A stretch of DNA of 64,000 bases from the human T2T-CHM13v2.0 reference genome, Homo sapiens. Below are positions 13,191-27,830 of this stretch, one piece after another (the first letter of the stretch is position 1; each line of letters starts with the position of its first letter). Under the pieces are notes generated by a model that made no database searches, was not told the origin of the DNA, and saw nothing but the letters and a program-made list of their open reading frames with translations. The stretch is from NCBI RefSeq assembly GCF_009914755.1, contig NC_060931.1; one strand, given 5' to 3'. The translations under genes were made by a program, and so were the position numbers.

Positions 13191-15386
13191 AGAGTGGTTA
13201 CCTGGCGTTGGCCTATAGTACGTTCTTTTTTATCCTTGTTTTTCCCCTCCCACCCTCCTATTGGTTGTATTTTCTTTGAGGGCAAGAACCAGGTTGTACT
13301 AATCTTTGTGATTCTTATGGCACCCAGCACAGGGCCTGGCTTATAATAAATGAGTAGTAAATGTGGCTGAACAAGTTTGTGTCCTGTTTTGACTCCTCCT
13401 TGGGTCTTCTTTATGATGGTGCATGTTTAGGAAGGCTGGGCTGGGCTGGGCTCAGCTCGTAGTCATGAGGCAATTAAGAATCATGGCATTCACCAAGGAT
13501 ATGTCTCCCAAACTTCTCACACAGAACAAGGAAGAAAGAACAAAAAGGGCTTCTGTAAGACATTGAGGCTAAGCACCAGCTGGTCTGGTTTGGTCACTAC
13601 GTAATGGACTCTCACGCACAACTACTCAGCAATGTTGTGATTCAAATTCATGCCTTGGCAAAGTTATGCATCTTACCTTATAGAATGGACTTCTAGTTCA
13701 TGTTCAAGTGGCTGAAACTTTAAATGTTACAGTCATAAATGGCCAGAGTCTACTATGTGGGAAAATTACAGCACATCCCAATCAACTGAGAAAGTGTGAC
13801 ATACACTCAAGTAATGATGAGAAAACTCCCCAGGAACTCACTTACGAGATCCCCTCAGCCTCTCAACTTGCCCAGGCCTCTGTGCTTGTCTCAGACCCAG
13901 TTCTGTAACTATATCAACAACTTGTCCCAGCTACAGCTTCAGAGACTGTCCCCGAATATATTTTTAGATCAATTGCCATTAATTAGGAGAAGAAAGAAGA
14001 ATGAGCAGCAGCAGGTCTTCAACAGTTCACTCTGGAGTCTCAGAGCTGAACTTGAATGACAGATTTGGTCTGTCCTTAGGGAATTAAAACCTCCCTTCCC
14101 TCTACCACCATCAAATCCTTAACAATAGCTGTAAAACAGAGAAGACCCAGAACCCCCAGCACATCTCTGGGCATCCCAGAGCAGGAACAGGGAGGGGTTT
14201 TCCATAGCAACTCAGCAGGCTTTGCAGGGCCTGTCCACTTGTGCAATGGTTGGCAGCCCTCAGCAATTCCGTGTCTCATGTTGCCTGGTGGTCTTAAAGC
14301 CATATTCTCCTTCAAATGCCAAACCACGGTGCAGTGAGCAGCAGAGAGTAGGCACTGCAACAGGAAGACCAAGGTGACTCCTTCTCTTCCTGAGGATGGG
14401 AGAGGAGGGGGAGGGGAGAGGAGGGGGAGGGGAGAGGAGGGGGGAGATTGCACCATAAACCTGTAGAATTCTGTAAGACAGATGCTACATCTGATTAGCC
14501 TCTTAGCTGGCCAGGCCACAGGGATGCAGTCCCACCAAGGCTCATACTCTAAAGTACAATTCTTCAGTTCAGCTTAGGGAAATTCATACTGGTTGTAGCA
14601 AAGGATTCAATAAAGCAATACCTGACTGGACTCCCAGAATCATAACCACAAAAGACCGTTTTGTGGTTTTTGTGGCTATTTTAGTTCACTCCCTGGACCA
14701 GAGTACATTTGACTCCCTGCAGGATAATCTCCAGTACATCATTCAATCTGTTCTCAAATGCCTCAAGTAGTGGGATTTTCACAGCTTCCCTTGGGAAGTT
14801 ATTCTTAAAGCTGAATGGCCAGCATACTTTTCCTGATATTGAACATTCATCTTGCTTTTTCTTAGCTTCATCTCTGTTATCCTGCAGAATAAACTCCTGC
14901 CCTCAGCATTGTCTTTTTTTCTCAGTGTTTACTGATGGGTTTCCTATGCACACTTACGGTACCACTTCAGCATCCATGCACTGGAGCTGCAGAGATCAAG
15001 AAATATCTGAGAAATACAATGACAAATAAAGGCTCTGCCATCTGGCAGGCATAAACATAAATGAGATGTGAGCCCAAAATCTCAATAAAGAAGGGATCAT
15101 CATCAATCCACCCTCCCCACAGAGCCCTACAACAACGGCGGAATTACTGGGCCGTGAGTGATGCTCTGCCAATGGGACACTGTTCTCACGTTGATTCATC
15201 TTCACAACCTAATGAGTTTTCCTGCCCCCAAAATGATTTTCTGAAACGCCAAATTTATTTTATCATATGTATCTTTAATTTCATTTACCCAACTTGTTGT
15301 ATTTTGTATCTTATTGCGGTACTGTGCAGAAACGGGTGCCTGGTGTCTAAATTCTCATTGTACAACCTTTTAAGAGTTGAGAGCTT

Positions 15387-15688
15387 GGCCGGGCGCGGTG
15401 GCTCACGCCTGTAATCCCAGCACTTTGGAAGGCCGAGGCAGGCGGATCACGAGGTCAGGAGATCGAGACCATCCTGGCTAACACGGTGAAACCCCGTCTG
15501 TACTAAAAATACAAAAAATTAGCCGGGCGAGGTGGCGGGCGCCAGTAGTCCCAGCTACGCGGGAGGCTGAGGTAGGAGAATGGCGTGAACCCTGGGGGGC
15601 AGAGACTGCAGTGAGCCAAGATCGCGCCACTGCACTCCAGACTGGGCGACAGCGAGACTCTGTCTCAAAAAAAAAAAAAAAAAAAAAA
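15387..15688 (+). mobile_element. AluY, Ye5/Ye6-like subfamily, with TSD
   Basis: Diagnostics GGGCGAGGTGG, CTACGCGGG, AACCCTGGGGGGC and GACAGCGAGAC (2-bp deletion); TSD AAGAG(T/C)TGAGAGCTT on both sides. Confidence 0.85.
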
Positions 15689-15882
15689 AGAGCTGAGAGC
15701 TTGCCAGCTCCTAACTTTAGGGGGAGGATTCAAATGGGGCTCTGAGAGTGGTGCTGCCCAAAAGGCATTTGCTTTGTTTTTATACTGATGAATGTGGCAG
15801 ATTCAGCTATTTTCTCCCTACACGTAGAACCTTCTTTCATGGCCCAGAAAAAAAAAAAAAACTCCACTAATGAAAAATTGTG

Positions 15883-16203
<321 letters not shown>

Positions 16204-16364
16204 CTATTGAACCAACTAGCTCCAGTCAAGCAATTCTCCCTTTGTCTACTGTCCACATGGCTCCAGCAACAACACAGTCTGCTCACCCCACTCTCCTTCA
16301 GACCTCCTACTTAGACCTCTAAAATGCTCTTTCTACTCCAACAAACATGGCTTACAGAATTTTA

Positions 16365-16709
<345 letters not shown>

Positions 16710-16867
16710 TTAATGGGGACTTTTTATTTGCCAGATGAGATAACTAGAGACCTAGAGAAAAAAGTTGGATCCGATATTTACTTCAAGGCATGTTTTTTCA
16801 TTCTTTAAAAAGTACATTTATTGAACACCTATTATATGAAATGGAGATAAAAGATACAGTCTCCACT

Positions 16868-17135
16868 GTGGGAGGCCAAGATGGGTGGATCACTTGAGGT
16901 CAGGAGTTCAAGACCAGCCTGGCCAACATGATGAAACCCCAACTCTACTAAAAATACGAAAATTAGCCGGGCGTGGTGGCAGATGCCTGTAATCCCACCT
17001 ACAGGGGAGGCTAAAGCAGGAGAATCGCTTGAACCCGGGAGGCAGAGGTTTCAGTGAGCCAAGACCATACCACTGCACTCCAGCCTGGGTGACAAAGCGA
17101 GGCTCTGTCTCAAAAAAAAAAAGAAAAGAAAAAAA
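16868..17135 (+). mobile_element. AluSx-like (5'-truncated)
   Basis: Alu body and A-rich tail. Confidence 0.9.
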
Positions 17136-17289
17136 GAGGCACAATCCCCACCCTCAAGGAGCTCTCAGACTGGTGGAAGCAACAGACAAGTAAACAGAAA
17201 ATTGCGACCATGATTAAAAGCGCTATGCTTAAATAAGCACCAGGTGCTTCAGGAATGTGTCAGGGAGACTCCTAAGACAGAATGAGGCA

Positions 17290-18000
17290 CCATCATTTCT
17301 TTTCACTGTTGGCTTCCCTGCAAGACATTCTCCAAGTTGTAGCCAGAATGGTCTTTTTAAAATGTGAAGGAAATCAAGTCATTCCTCTCCTCAGAAAGCT
17401 TCAGGGACTTCCTATGCATTCAAATAAAATCCAAACTTTGTATTGGGGCATACACAGTCACACAGGAGCTAGCCTTCTGTCCTCTGCAGCTCCACCTCCT
17501 GTCACTCTCTCCATAGCCCATCAATTCCAGCTCCACTAACCTGCATTCCGGTCCTACAATGCACCAGTGATTCTTCCCTGCTCAGGCCCTTTCTGTGTGC
17601 TCAGTCCCTTGGTTCCCTCTGTCCGAAATGCTCTCCCCAGCACCATCCTCTCTGCGACTTCCCACCGCATCACCTAGTTTACCTGACTAGCTATTGTCAT
17701 TCTTCAGGTATCTGTTTAATTGTCACCTCCTCAGCCTCCTCCTTACAGTAGACCCGTTTCCCACCCCATCCCCCATCACTACCCTTCAGCCGTTTTTGTT
17801 GTTCTCTGGTTTTTTCCTTCAAGGCACTTCCCACGATTTTTGCTATATATTTGTTTGGGTATTTTCATATCTAGTGTCTGCCCTTCCAAACATTAGCACT
17901 TACTACTAGACATAGGCTCCACAAGGACAAGGATTTTGTACATTTTATACACAAAACACCTAGCTCACGGCCTGCAAAGTCTAGCTCAGCAAATATTTGT
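17290..18000 (+). mobile_element. L2 3' fragment
   Basis: GCCAGAATGGTCTTTTTAAAATG, TAGACATAGGCTCCACAAGGACAAGGAT, CTCAGCAAATATTTGTGGAA end. Confidence 0.65.
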
Positions 18001-18395
18001 GGAAAGCCGGGCTTCCTGAGGAGGTGACCCTTGAGCTAAGTCCCAAGGGATAGGCAGGAGTTAACTAACAAAAGCAGAGGAGTGGCCATGATGCCATCTG
18101 GTGAAGCTTATGCAAACACCTGGAAGCATGACCATACGGGAGCCCTGAGTTCTTCCATATCGCTTGGACGTAACACACAAAAGGACGGATGGTGGGTGAT
18201 GAGGCCGGAAATGCCTGTCAAAGAGTGTGGACACTCTCCTGTAGAGGAATGGTTTTAAGGGAAGCAGCAATATAGTCCAATTTGTATAGTCCAATTTGTA
18301 TACTCCAATTTGATTTAGTGATCAATTAGATGTTGTGGGGAGTGGTGGAGAAAGAAGGAAGAATCCATGATAACACCTAGAGAAATTTCTGACTT

Positions 18396-18517
18396 GGCCA
18401 GGCATGGTAGCTTATGCCTATAATCCCAGCACTCTGGGAGGTCGAGGCGGGCAGATCACCTTAGGTCAGGAGTTCAAAACCAGCCTGGCCAACATGGTAA
18501 AACCCTGTCTTCGCTTA

Positions 18518-18548
<31 letters not shown>

Positions 18549-18966
18549 CATATATATACACACACACACACACGTGTGTATATACATATATATGTGTATA
18601 TATACATATATGTATATATACACATATACATATATGTATATACACACACATATATGTATATACACATACATATATGTATATACACATATACGTGTATATA
18701 TACACATATACGTGTATATATACACATATACATATATGTATATATACACACATACATATATGTATATGTATATATACACACATACGTATATGTGTGTATA
18801 TATATGCAAAAACTAGCCAGGAATGGTGGCATGCGCCTGTAATCCCAGGTATTCGGGAGGCTGAGGCAGGAGAATCGCTTCAACCTCGGAGGTGAAGTTC
18901 GCAGTGAGATCACTCCACTCTACTCCAGCCTGGGTGACAAAAAAGGCCTGTCTAAAAAAAAAAAAA
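18396..18966 (+). mobile_element. AluS split by an expanded microsatellite in its middle A-rich linker
   Basis: Left arm 18396-18526, right arm ~18807-18966. Confidence 0.9.
18527..18806. repeat. Complex (TA)/(CA)/(TG) microsatellite, ~280 bp
   Basis: Alternating purine-pyrimidine TATATACACATATACATATATG-type units. Confidence 0.95.
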
Positions 18967-19339
18967 GATTTCTGGTTGAAGCCATAGGTGGAAGAGTTAC
19001 CATGTTACCATTAATCAGAGGCCCAATCAAAGAAATAACTTGGTTCTGTTCTATTTTCTTCAAGGTCAAAACAAAGATTCACATGTTTCCTCTTACAATG
19101 ATTTTCTCCTGCTCTGAACTCCTTCAGCATTTCTTTATACAAACTACAAAACACTCCCAGACAGGACGGAGCTCACTCACATCCATCAGGTCCCTGCAGG
19201 AAACAGATGGCACTCTCAAAAGGGTTGAGAAGAGTTTTTTGGGGGGACTATTTACAAAGGCGTGCACAGAGTTCAGGGAACTTGACAAGGACAGTGAAGT
19301 CCCACAGGGCTAGAGCTGGCAGGGAGTTGCTAACAACTA

Positions 19340-19732
19340 CATCGGGTCTCCAACACACCCAGCCCATTCCTGCCTCATGGTCAGTGTATGTGCTGTTTTC
19401 TCTGCTTGAACTGTTCTTTCTCCAAATATCTCTATGGCTTACTCCTTCACCTCCTTCATTATTTAATAAAATATCACCTTGGCCTGACCTTATTTAAAAA
19501 TTGTTAAAAAGCAAAATGAAACAACACTTCTCCTCTCTCCCCTCCTTTGTCTCCTAAGCAGTTATCACTGACATATTATGAATTTTACATATTTACCTTA
19601 CTGTCTGTATTCCCCTCTAGAGTGTAAGTTCCATGAAATTGAGGAGTTTGATCTGTACACTGCTATATATCCCAGCACCTAGTACAATGCTCCACACACA
19701 GTAGGATGCTATTAAAGATTTGTTTAATGAAC
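19340..19732 (+). mobile_element. L2 3' fragment
   Basis: CTCTAGAGTGTAAGTTCCATGA...TCCCAGCACCTAGTACAATGC...TTTGTTTAATGAA. Confidence 0.7.
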
Positions 19733-20699
19733 AGTTTCATTATGCCCACCTCAGAAGTAACTATGAAGTAGATTATATATTAACCTGATGCAAGGAATAT
19801 TTTTTCAAAAGTCAAATTATAATACAAGCCAGAGACCAAAAAAACAGTCCATATTTGCTGTGTATAGCCTCATGAGTCTCTATCTACCTCCCTTGAGTTT
19901 CCATTAACTAGGTTAGCACTAGGTTGGCAAAGTTCTTGGTTCTCCAATATAGTTCAAAGACCAGCAGGAGAGCTGGGTAATCCGCCAGGCTTCCATGTTC
20001 ACATGGAAATGTCATGTGAGCCCTCCAATGCCTTTACTCTGCCTCTGCACCCGTGGAACAACACTATGACCTGTAATTTCATTTTGCCCATTCATTTAAA
20101 GAATACATATTGGGCATCTACCATGTATCAAACAACCTAATGGCCAGAGACAGATATCCTTGGACAAAAAATATAAAGCTCCTACTCTCAATCCAAAAAA
20201 AAGTAATAAATCCAGTATCTGGACATAATGAGTACTATGGAGAAAAATAAAGCAGGGTAAAATAATAGAAAGTGGTGAGAATCCTATATTACATATGCCA
20301 AAAATAAAAGCCTTTCTGAGAAGACAGTATTTGGTGGAACCCACATCTGCCTCTCAGCCCATCCTGATGTCATGGGTGAGTTGCAGGAGGTCAACACAGA
20401 GCTGGCCACACACCTAGAGATCCAGCAGGAGCTTCAGGAGCTGCAGGTACGCCTAGCACAAATAAAGTGAGCTCACAGGACAGAGACAACTTGTACAAGC
20501 CGTCACAGCCCTGGTCCCTTGCACCCATCTTCAGAGAGAAAAGAAAAGCACAGCTGCTACCCCAATTCTACCATCCAAATGCTGGGTAATATGTCCCTTG
20601 TGGCCAATACAGACCTAGAATTACATAGGGAAGGGACCCACCTTCAGCCTAGCTAAGTTGACACAATACAAAACTACCAACAACATGTCAAGTATTTAA

Positions 20700-20905
20700 A
20701 TGGCACTTACCATGTGCCACACACTATTCTAAGCACTTTATATAGATGAAACTCATTTAATTCTAGCATCTGCTTTATGAGGTGCATACTATTATTGGCC
20801 CAAGGGAAGCTAACAAACTTGGCAAAGGTCACACAGCCAATAAGTGACAAAGCTAGAATTTGATCCCAGGCAATCTGACTCCAGAGTCGTGTTCTTAACC
20901 ACCAC
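20700..20905 (+). mobile_element. MIR
   Basis: GCACTTACCATGTGCCACACACTATTCTAAGCACTTTA...AAGGTCACACAGC...GACTCCAGAG. Confidence 0.8.
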
Positions 20906-21638
20906 AAGAGTGTATTACACAGCTCCCGCACTCATGGAGAGACACACAAAACATAACACACATGTCAATTTATGATAGAATATCAAGTAGCAGTAAGTGC
21001 TATGAAGAGAGCGGGAGATGAGGCTAGACGATGATGGGGAGGGGCACAGTTATTTGGTAGAGAATGTAAATGAAGCCTTCTCAGTTGAAGCGATCTTGAG
21101 CAGAAACCTGAATGAGATGAGAGGGAAGGGTGCTCTGAGCTTGGGGAACAGCACAAGCAAAGGCCCTGGGGTGGGAGTAGGTATCGTATGTTCTAAAAAG
21201 CAAGGAGGTCAGCATGGGTGGTGCTGAGCGAGTAAGGGGAAGACTCATAGAAGCTGGGTAGGTGGAGGCTGGGGTAGATCTGGCCAGGCATTGAAAGATG
21301 TTGGCTTTTACTCAGAATGATGAGAACTCCTGGAAAGGTTGTGCGCATAGGACAATTTTACATCAGGGAACCCAGTTAAGTAAAAAGCATTTGCCAGAAT
21401 CAGAGCGCACATGGTGAGAGCTCGCACAAGGGGTGTGACAAGAGGTCGGAGATGTTTTGAAGGTAGCATTGACATTTCCTAAGATTGGATGTAAAGACAT
21501 CTCAGGTTTACGTAAATCACTAAGCAACAGGGGAGAGGTGTGTGGACTGTTGATCTCAGGAAGTGACCATCTATTCTGTGTATTTTCCCATCACCTGCCT
21601 CCAGAAGTATTCATGTATCCAGGTGTTCTGTTCTGCAC

Positions 21639-21845
21639 CAGTGCTCTCCAGCAGAACTTTCTGCCGTGGTGGAAAAGTTCACATCTGTGCCATTCATTGT
21701 GATAGCCACTCACCACGTGTGGCTATCAAGCATTTGCAACATGGCCAGTGCAAATGAAGAATTAAACTTCTAATGTCATTTAATTTTAATTAAGTTAAAG
21801 TTAAATGTCCAAATGTGACTAGTGGGTACCATTTTGGACAGTGTA
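21639..21845 (+). mobile_element. MER3-like hAT-Charlie element
   Basis: CAGTGCTCTCCAGCAGAACTTTCTG...GTGGCTATCAAGCATTTG...TTGGACAGTG. Confidence 0.75.
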
Positions 21846-22133
21846 AATATAAATAATATCAAATATCAAATTGTTCAATAATTGAATTAATGTTTTGAAG
21901 GTCTTTTTTGTTCTTACATAAAACCTTAAAAAATATATTTCTTTTTGCTTTCCCAAATGATCTGGGTGCTCAGATAGGATTTCTCTGGGAGACTGTTCCT
22001 GCTGAGATCTCTTCCATACTTATGCTATGACACCAACCGAACTAAAGAACTGAGATAAATACCTACCTGATTCAAAAGGGAGAAGAAAAAACTTTCAACA
22101 GAATAATAACGCAAAAGTTATGCCATGACCTAA

Positions 22134-22680
22134 TGTATCAGTCAGGGCTCTCTAGAGGGACAGGACTAATAGGATAGATGAATATATGAAGGGGAGTTTA
22201 TAAGGACTATTGATTCACAAGATCACAAGGTGAAGTCCCACAATAGACTGTCTATGAGCTGAGGAGCAAGGAAGCCAGTCCCAGTCCCAAAATCTCAAAA
22301 GTAAGGAAGCCAACAGTGCAACCTTTAGTCTGTGGCCTAAGGCCCAAGAGCCCCTGGCAAACCACTGGTGTAGGTCCAAAAGTCCAAAAGCTAAAGAACA
22401 TGGAGTCTGATGTTCAAGGGCAGGAAGCATCCAGCATGGGAGAAAAATGGAGGCCAGAAGACTCAGCCAGTGTAGTCCTTCCATGTTCCCCTGCCTGCTT
22501 TTATCCTAGCTGTGCTGGCAGCTGATTAGGCGGTGCCCACCCAATTAAGGGTGGGTCTGTCTCTCCCAGTCCACTGACTCAAATGTTAATCTCCTTGGCA
22601 ACACTCTCACAGATACACCCAGGAACAATACTTTGCATCCTTTAATCCAATCGAGTTAACACTCAATATTAACCATCATA
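22134..22680 (-). mobile_element. MLT2A-family (ERVL) solo LTR with 5-bp TSD CCTAA
   Basis: TGTATCAGTCAGGGCTCTCTAGAGGGACAG...CCACTGACTCAAATGTTAATCTC...AATATTAACCATCA; CCTAA at 22129-22133 and 22681-22685. Confidence 0.9.
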
Positions 22681-23893
22681 CCTAAATTATAATCTTTTTT
22701 TCAGGTTCACAGAGCATTTTTACCCTTGCTATCTTGAAAGATCTTCCCAACAACCCTACGAGGGGAGCAGGTACTTCGGAGCAGATACTTCAGAGTAGAG
22801 AAAACTGGGGCAGAACTAAGGTGAGTGGGGTGCCCAAAGCAAATGATGATCAGATGAGCACCAAGACCTCAGCTGCTGCCTTCTGCCTCCAGGCCTCACC
22901 CTCCCTCCCCGATGACACGTGCTGGCCCTCACTTCTCTTAGCTTGTGCTAAGACCTTTCCAAATGAGTTCCTGTGTTCTTTCAAACCAACTTACTGGTTC
23001 AGTTTGAAAACTACACTTTCCTCAGCCTTTTTATTTGTTTAATTTATCGAAAGGTTATTTTTGATGAAACTTACATTTGGGAAGCTGTCAATTGGATTTT
23101 ATGGGGTTCTATGCCTAGCTTCAGTGTGCCTTAACTAACAAAAGAGGGAAAATTAAACATTATTCCATAGGAAGCAAAGAATTGAAACATGAGCTGAATA
23201 ATTTTAAATATCAAACTAAATTAAGTTTAAAAATAAATAAATAAAAGTGGTCTCAAAATCAGGAGCTCAATGGAGCACATCCCTTCCTAAAAATAGATTG
23301 TTCTGCACTTTCAGGAATTGATGATATCATTTCCATCGAAGGTTATTGTTCACACTTGGCAATATCTTCTTTAACCTTTCATCAGGATAAATGAACAAAT
23401 TCATTCTAGATGATGAAAGGAAAGCATCTTTAGATCTTGAATGCATAATCTGGAAGAAAGGATTGGGGGTTAAGGTTAGAGATCCATACCTACACAAGCT
23501 CAACATCTAGTGAAGTGGGTCCCCTTCCAGTTCAAACTGATTACAGCAGGTAGAGACATGGCCCACCTGTCGCCAATATTGGCCCACAGGTCTTCAATAT
23601 TGAAATGTAAAGGCGAGGAAGCGAATGCAAAACCAGAAGGGACATTTAATTATTCATCAAAATAGTGAGGCATAATTCTCAAATTCCTTTTGAAAGCAAA
23701 ATATAGCTATTTAATTTTGAAATTACTTGCCAGAACATTCTAAATAATTTAAAATAAGACCTACTTTTGTTACTTCTAAAGTAAAAGTAAGCTTGTCTAT
23801 CACATTTCCTCCTTTGGCAGACATCAATAATTCTGTGCCATCAGCCTCCTTTCTTTTTGCTTTGACTCTGAGCCTGACGTTGTCTCTGTTTGA

Positions 23894-24224
<331 letters not shown>

Positions 24225-24252
24225 ACAGATAGGCTTTTTAAAAGTACACTGA

Positions 24253-24556
<304 letters not shown>

Positions 24557-25259
24557 TACATTGAAAGAGTTCCCAGTCCAGTTACCTAACATTTGGCATC
24601 CATATACAACAGTTGAGATGGTGTTCTTACCACACTCCATAAATCAGCAAACTAAGGCAGGAAGAGATTAAATAACTACTGAATGACAAAATCAGAATTT
24701 GAGCCACGTCTCTCTGACTCCAACTTATGTGTGTGTGTGTTTTAAATCTCCTTGGGTATAAAAGCTGGTTTCAGCATTATTTTCCCTAACTTTAAAAATA
24801 TTTCCAATGTCTCAATAATGTATAATTGCCAATAAAAATCCCCCTAAGTCTCTGTTGTTCTTTGTAGGTAATTTGATTTTTCTCTCTGGTGACTTTCAGG
24901 AGTTTCTCTTCATCCTTAATTCCCTGCCATCTCACCCTGCAGTTTCATTGTGATATGCCCTGTGGATTTTCAAATCCTACTCAGCACCCACAGGCCTTTT
25001 AAATACCTTTTTTTTTCCTTTCTTGAAAACGCTCAGCTATTATATCTTTGAACAGTTCTTCTGCCATTCTCTTGACAATCTCACTCTGAAACTCCTATTA
25101 GACGTATGTTGGAGCTTCTTATCCTGTATGTTTTGTCTGTGAATTTGTCTTCCATGAAAATGTTGATCTGCAGAAGCTTTCTTCTTGAGTGCCTTAGACT
25201 GTAGAAGCCATGAGAGAGGCAGAAGGATTCTGAGTTTCCTCTGTCTGGGCCCTAGAGGA

Positions 25260-25546
25260 TTTTTGAGACAAGGTCTTGCTCTGTTACCCAGGCTAGAGTG
25301 CACTGGCATGACCATGGCTCACTTCAGCCTTGACCTCCTAGACTCAGTCAGTCCTCCCATCTCAGCCACCCATGTAGCTGGGACTACAAGCACACACCAC
25401 CATGCCTGGCTAATTTTTGTATTTTTAGTAGAGACAGGGTTTCACCATGTTGCTCAGGCTGGTCTCAAACTCCTGGGCTCAAGCAACCTACCTGCCTCAG
25501 CCTCCCAGTGTGCTGGGATTACAGGCATGAACCACTGGGCCTGGCC
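25260..25546 (-). mobile_element. AluJ
   Basis: Reverse-complement diverged Alu. Confidence 0.9.
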
Positions 25547-26528
25547 AGATTTGGTTTTTAATCTATCCTTCAGCTTGGGATTTCCACATTGCACCAGTGA
25601 GGACTCAGGGTTCCAATCTTTCAAATGACTTTTTCCATCCATGTCTCAAGACAGACAGCAATCTTCTGGTCATAACTCAGTGCCGGTGGGCAGGATATTC
25701 AGATGCCTTTTCACAAAAGATAACACATTTCTGCCCCCTGGTTCCATTAGGGAAATCCACTTCTGCTCATTCTGTGCAGGCCCTATATCCTCTCTTTTGA
25801 TCCTTGCCTTTGTGTTGAAACTTCAACCCCTGGGGCCTACATTTAGTCCAGGTCCCTGTGCACCTCACGGTTTCTTCTGCCGTTTACTACTGTGGGCCCC
25901 TTACCCACCTCTGAAACCTAAAGACTTTCCATACTGCTTTTGCACTTCACTTTTTTTCTAGTATTTTCATTTTTTAAACATAACTCATTAACGTACCTGG
26001 AATTTATTTTAGCATATAATAGGAACTCATGATCTGTATTGATTTTTTTCCACAGAGCTAGATAAATTTCCCAAAACCATTAATTAATCTTTCTTAATGA
26101 TATGTGATATTTCCTTTATCATATGTTAAGTTTTAAAGTTTGCTTCTAGGAAATATATTCCTTTCCATTGATCTATGGATCTATTCTTAAGCCACATTAA
26201 CTAATTATTGTATTCTAAATATCCCATAGAATTGGCCCTTCTCCTTCCATTAATCTTCTCTTCATACTCTGCCCACTCTTTTTCCCATTTTTCTATTTTT
26301 GCAGGCAAGCTTTAGAACCAAAGGAGCAGTTCTCGACTTGCTGCCCTTTTGGGTTCTGCCTTAGTAGTAGTAGTAGTTATTTCCCCTTGACTGGAAATAA
26401 AGCCTAAACCAGGTAACCACTTGGTAGGAAGATGGGAGTGGAGAATCACTAAAAATAATTCTAAAGTTTCCTTGAATACTAGTTGTCTATTGACTCCAAG
26501 GTTCCTTCTAACTCTACAATTAGATTCT

Positions 26529-27263
<735 letters not shown>

Positions 27264-27483
27264 GCAGAGTTCCTTGAAACATTATTACCCACAACTATTT
27301 TGTTCTGTACTAGAGAGAGCAGAGGTTAGTGGTCAGATAGACTAATACACTGACCAATTAGTCAAATGACCTTAAGGAAGTAGTCTGACTTTTATGAACC
27401 GTACCTTCCTTATCTATAAAATGGAGAGGGTAAATCCAACCTCACAGGGCTGTCAGGAAAATTCAAAGAAATAATGGAGGTAA

Positions 27484-27830
<347 letters not shown>

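Noticed and set aside
14076-14519. 147-aa minus-strand ORF
   Set aside because: No recognisable domain, includes low-complexity purine-tract translation, and no supported exon structure.
18404-18913. Six overlapping Y/I/C/H/V-rich ORFs
   Set aside because: Translations of the TA/CA microsatellite and Alu arms.
25185-25628. Alu-derived ORFs here and at 5953, 27508, 39172, 45544, 51787, 59122, 63385 and others
   Set aside because: Typical Alu antisense translations (LECSG, PASAS, GITG motifs); no evidence of exonisation from sequence alone.
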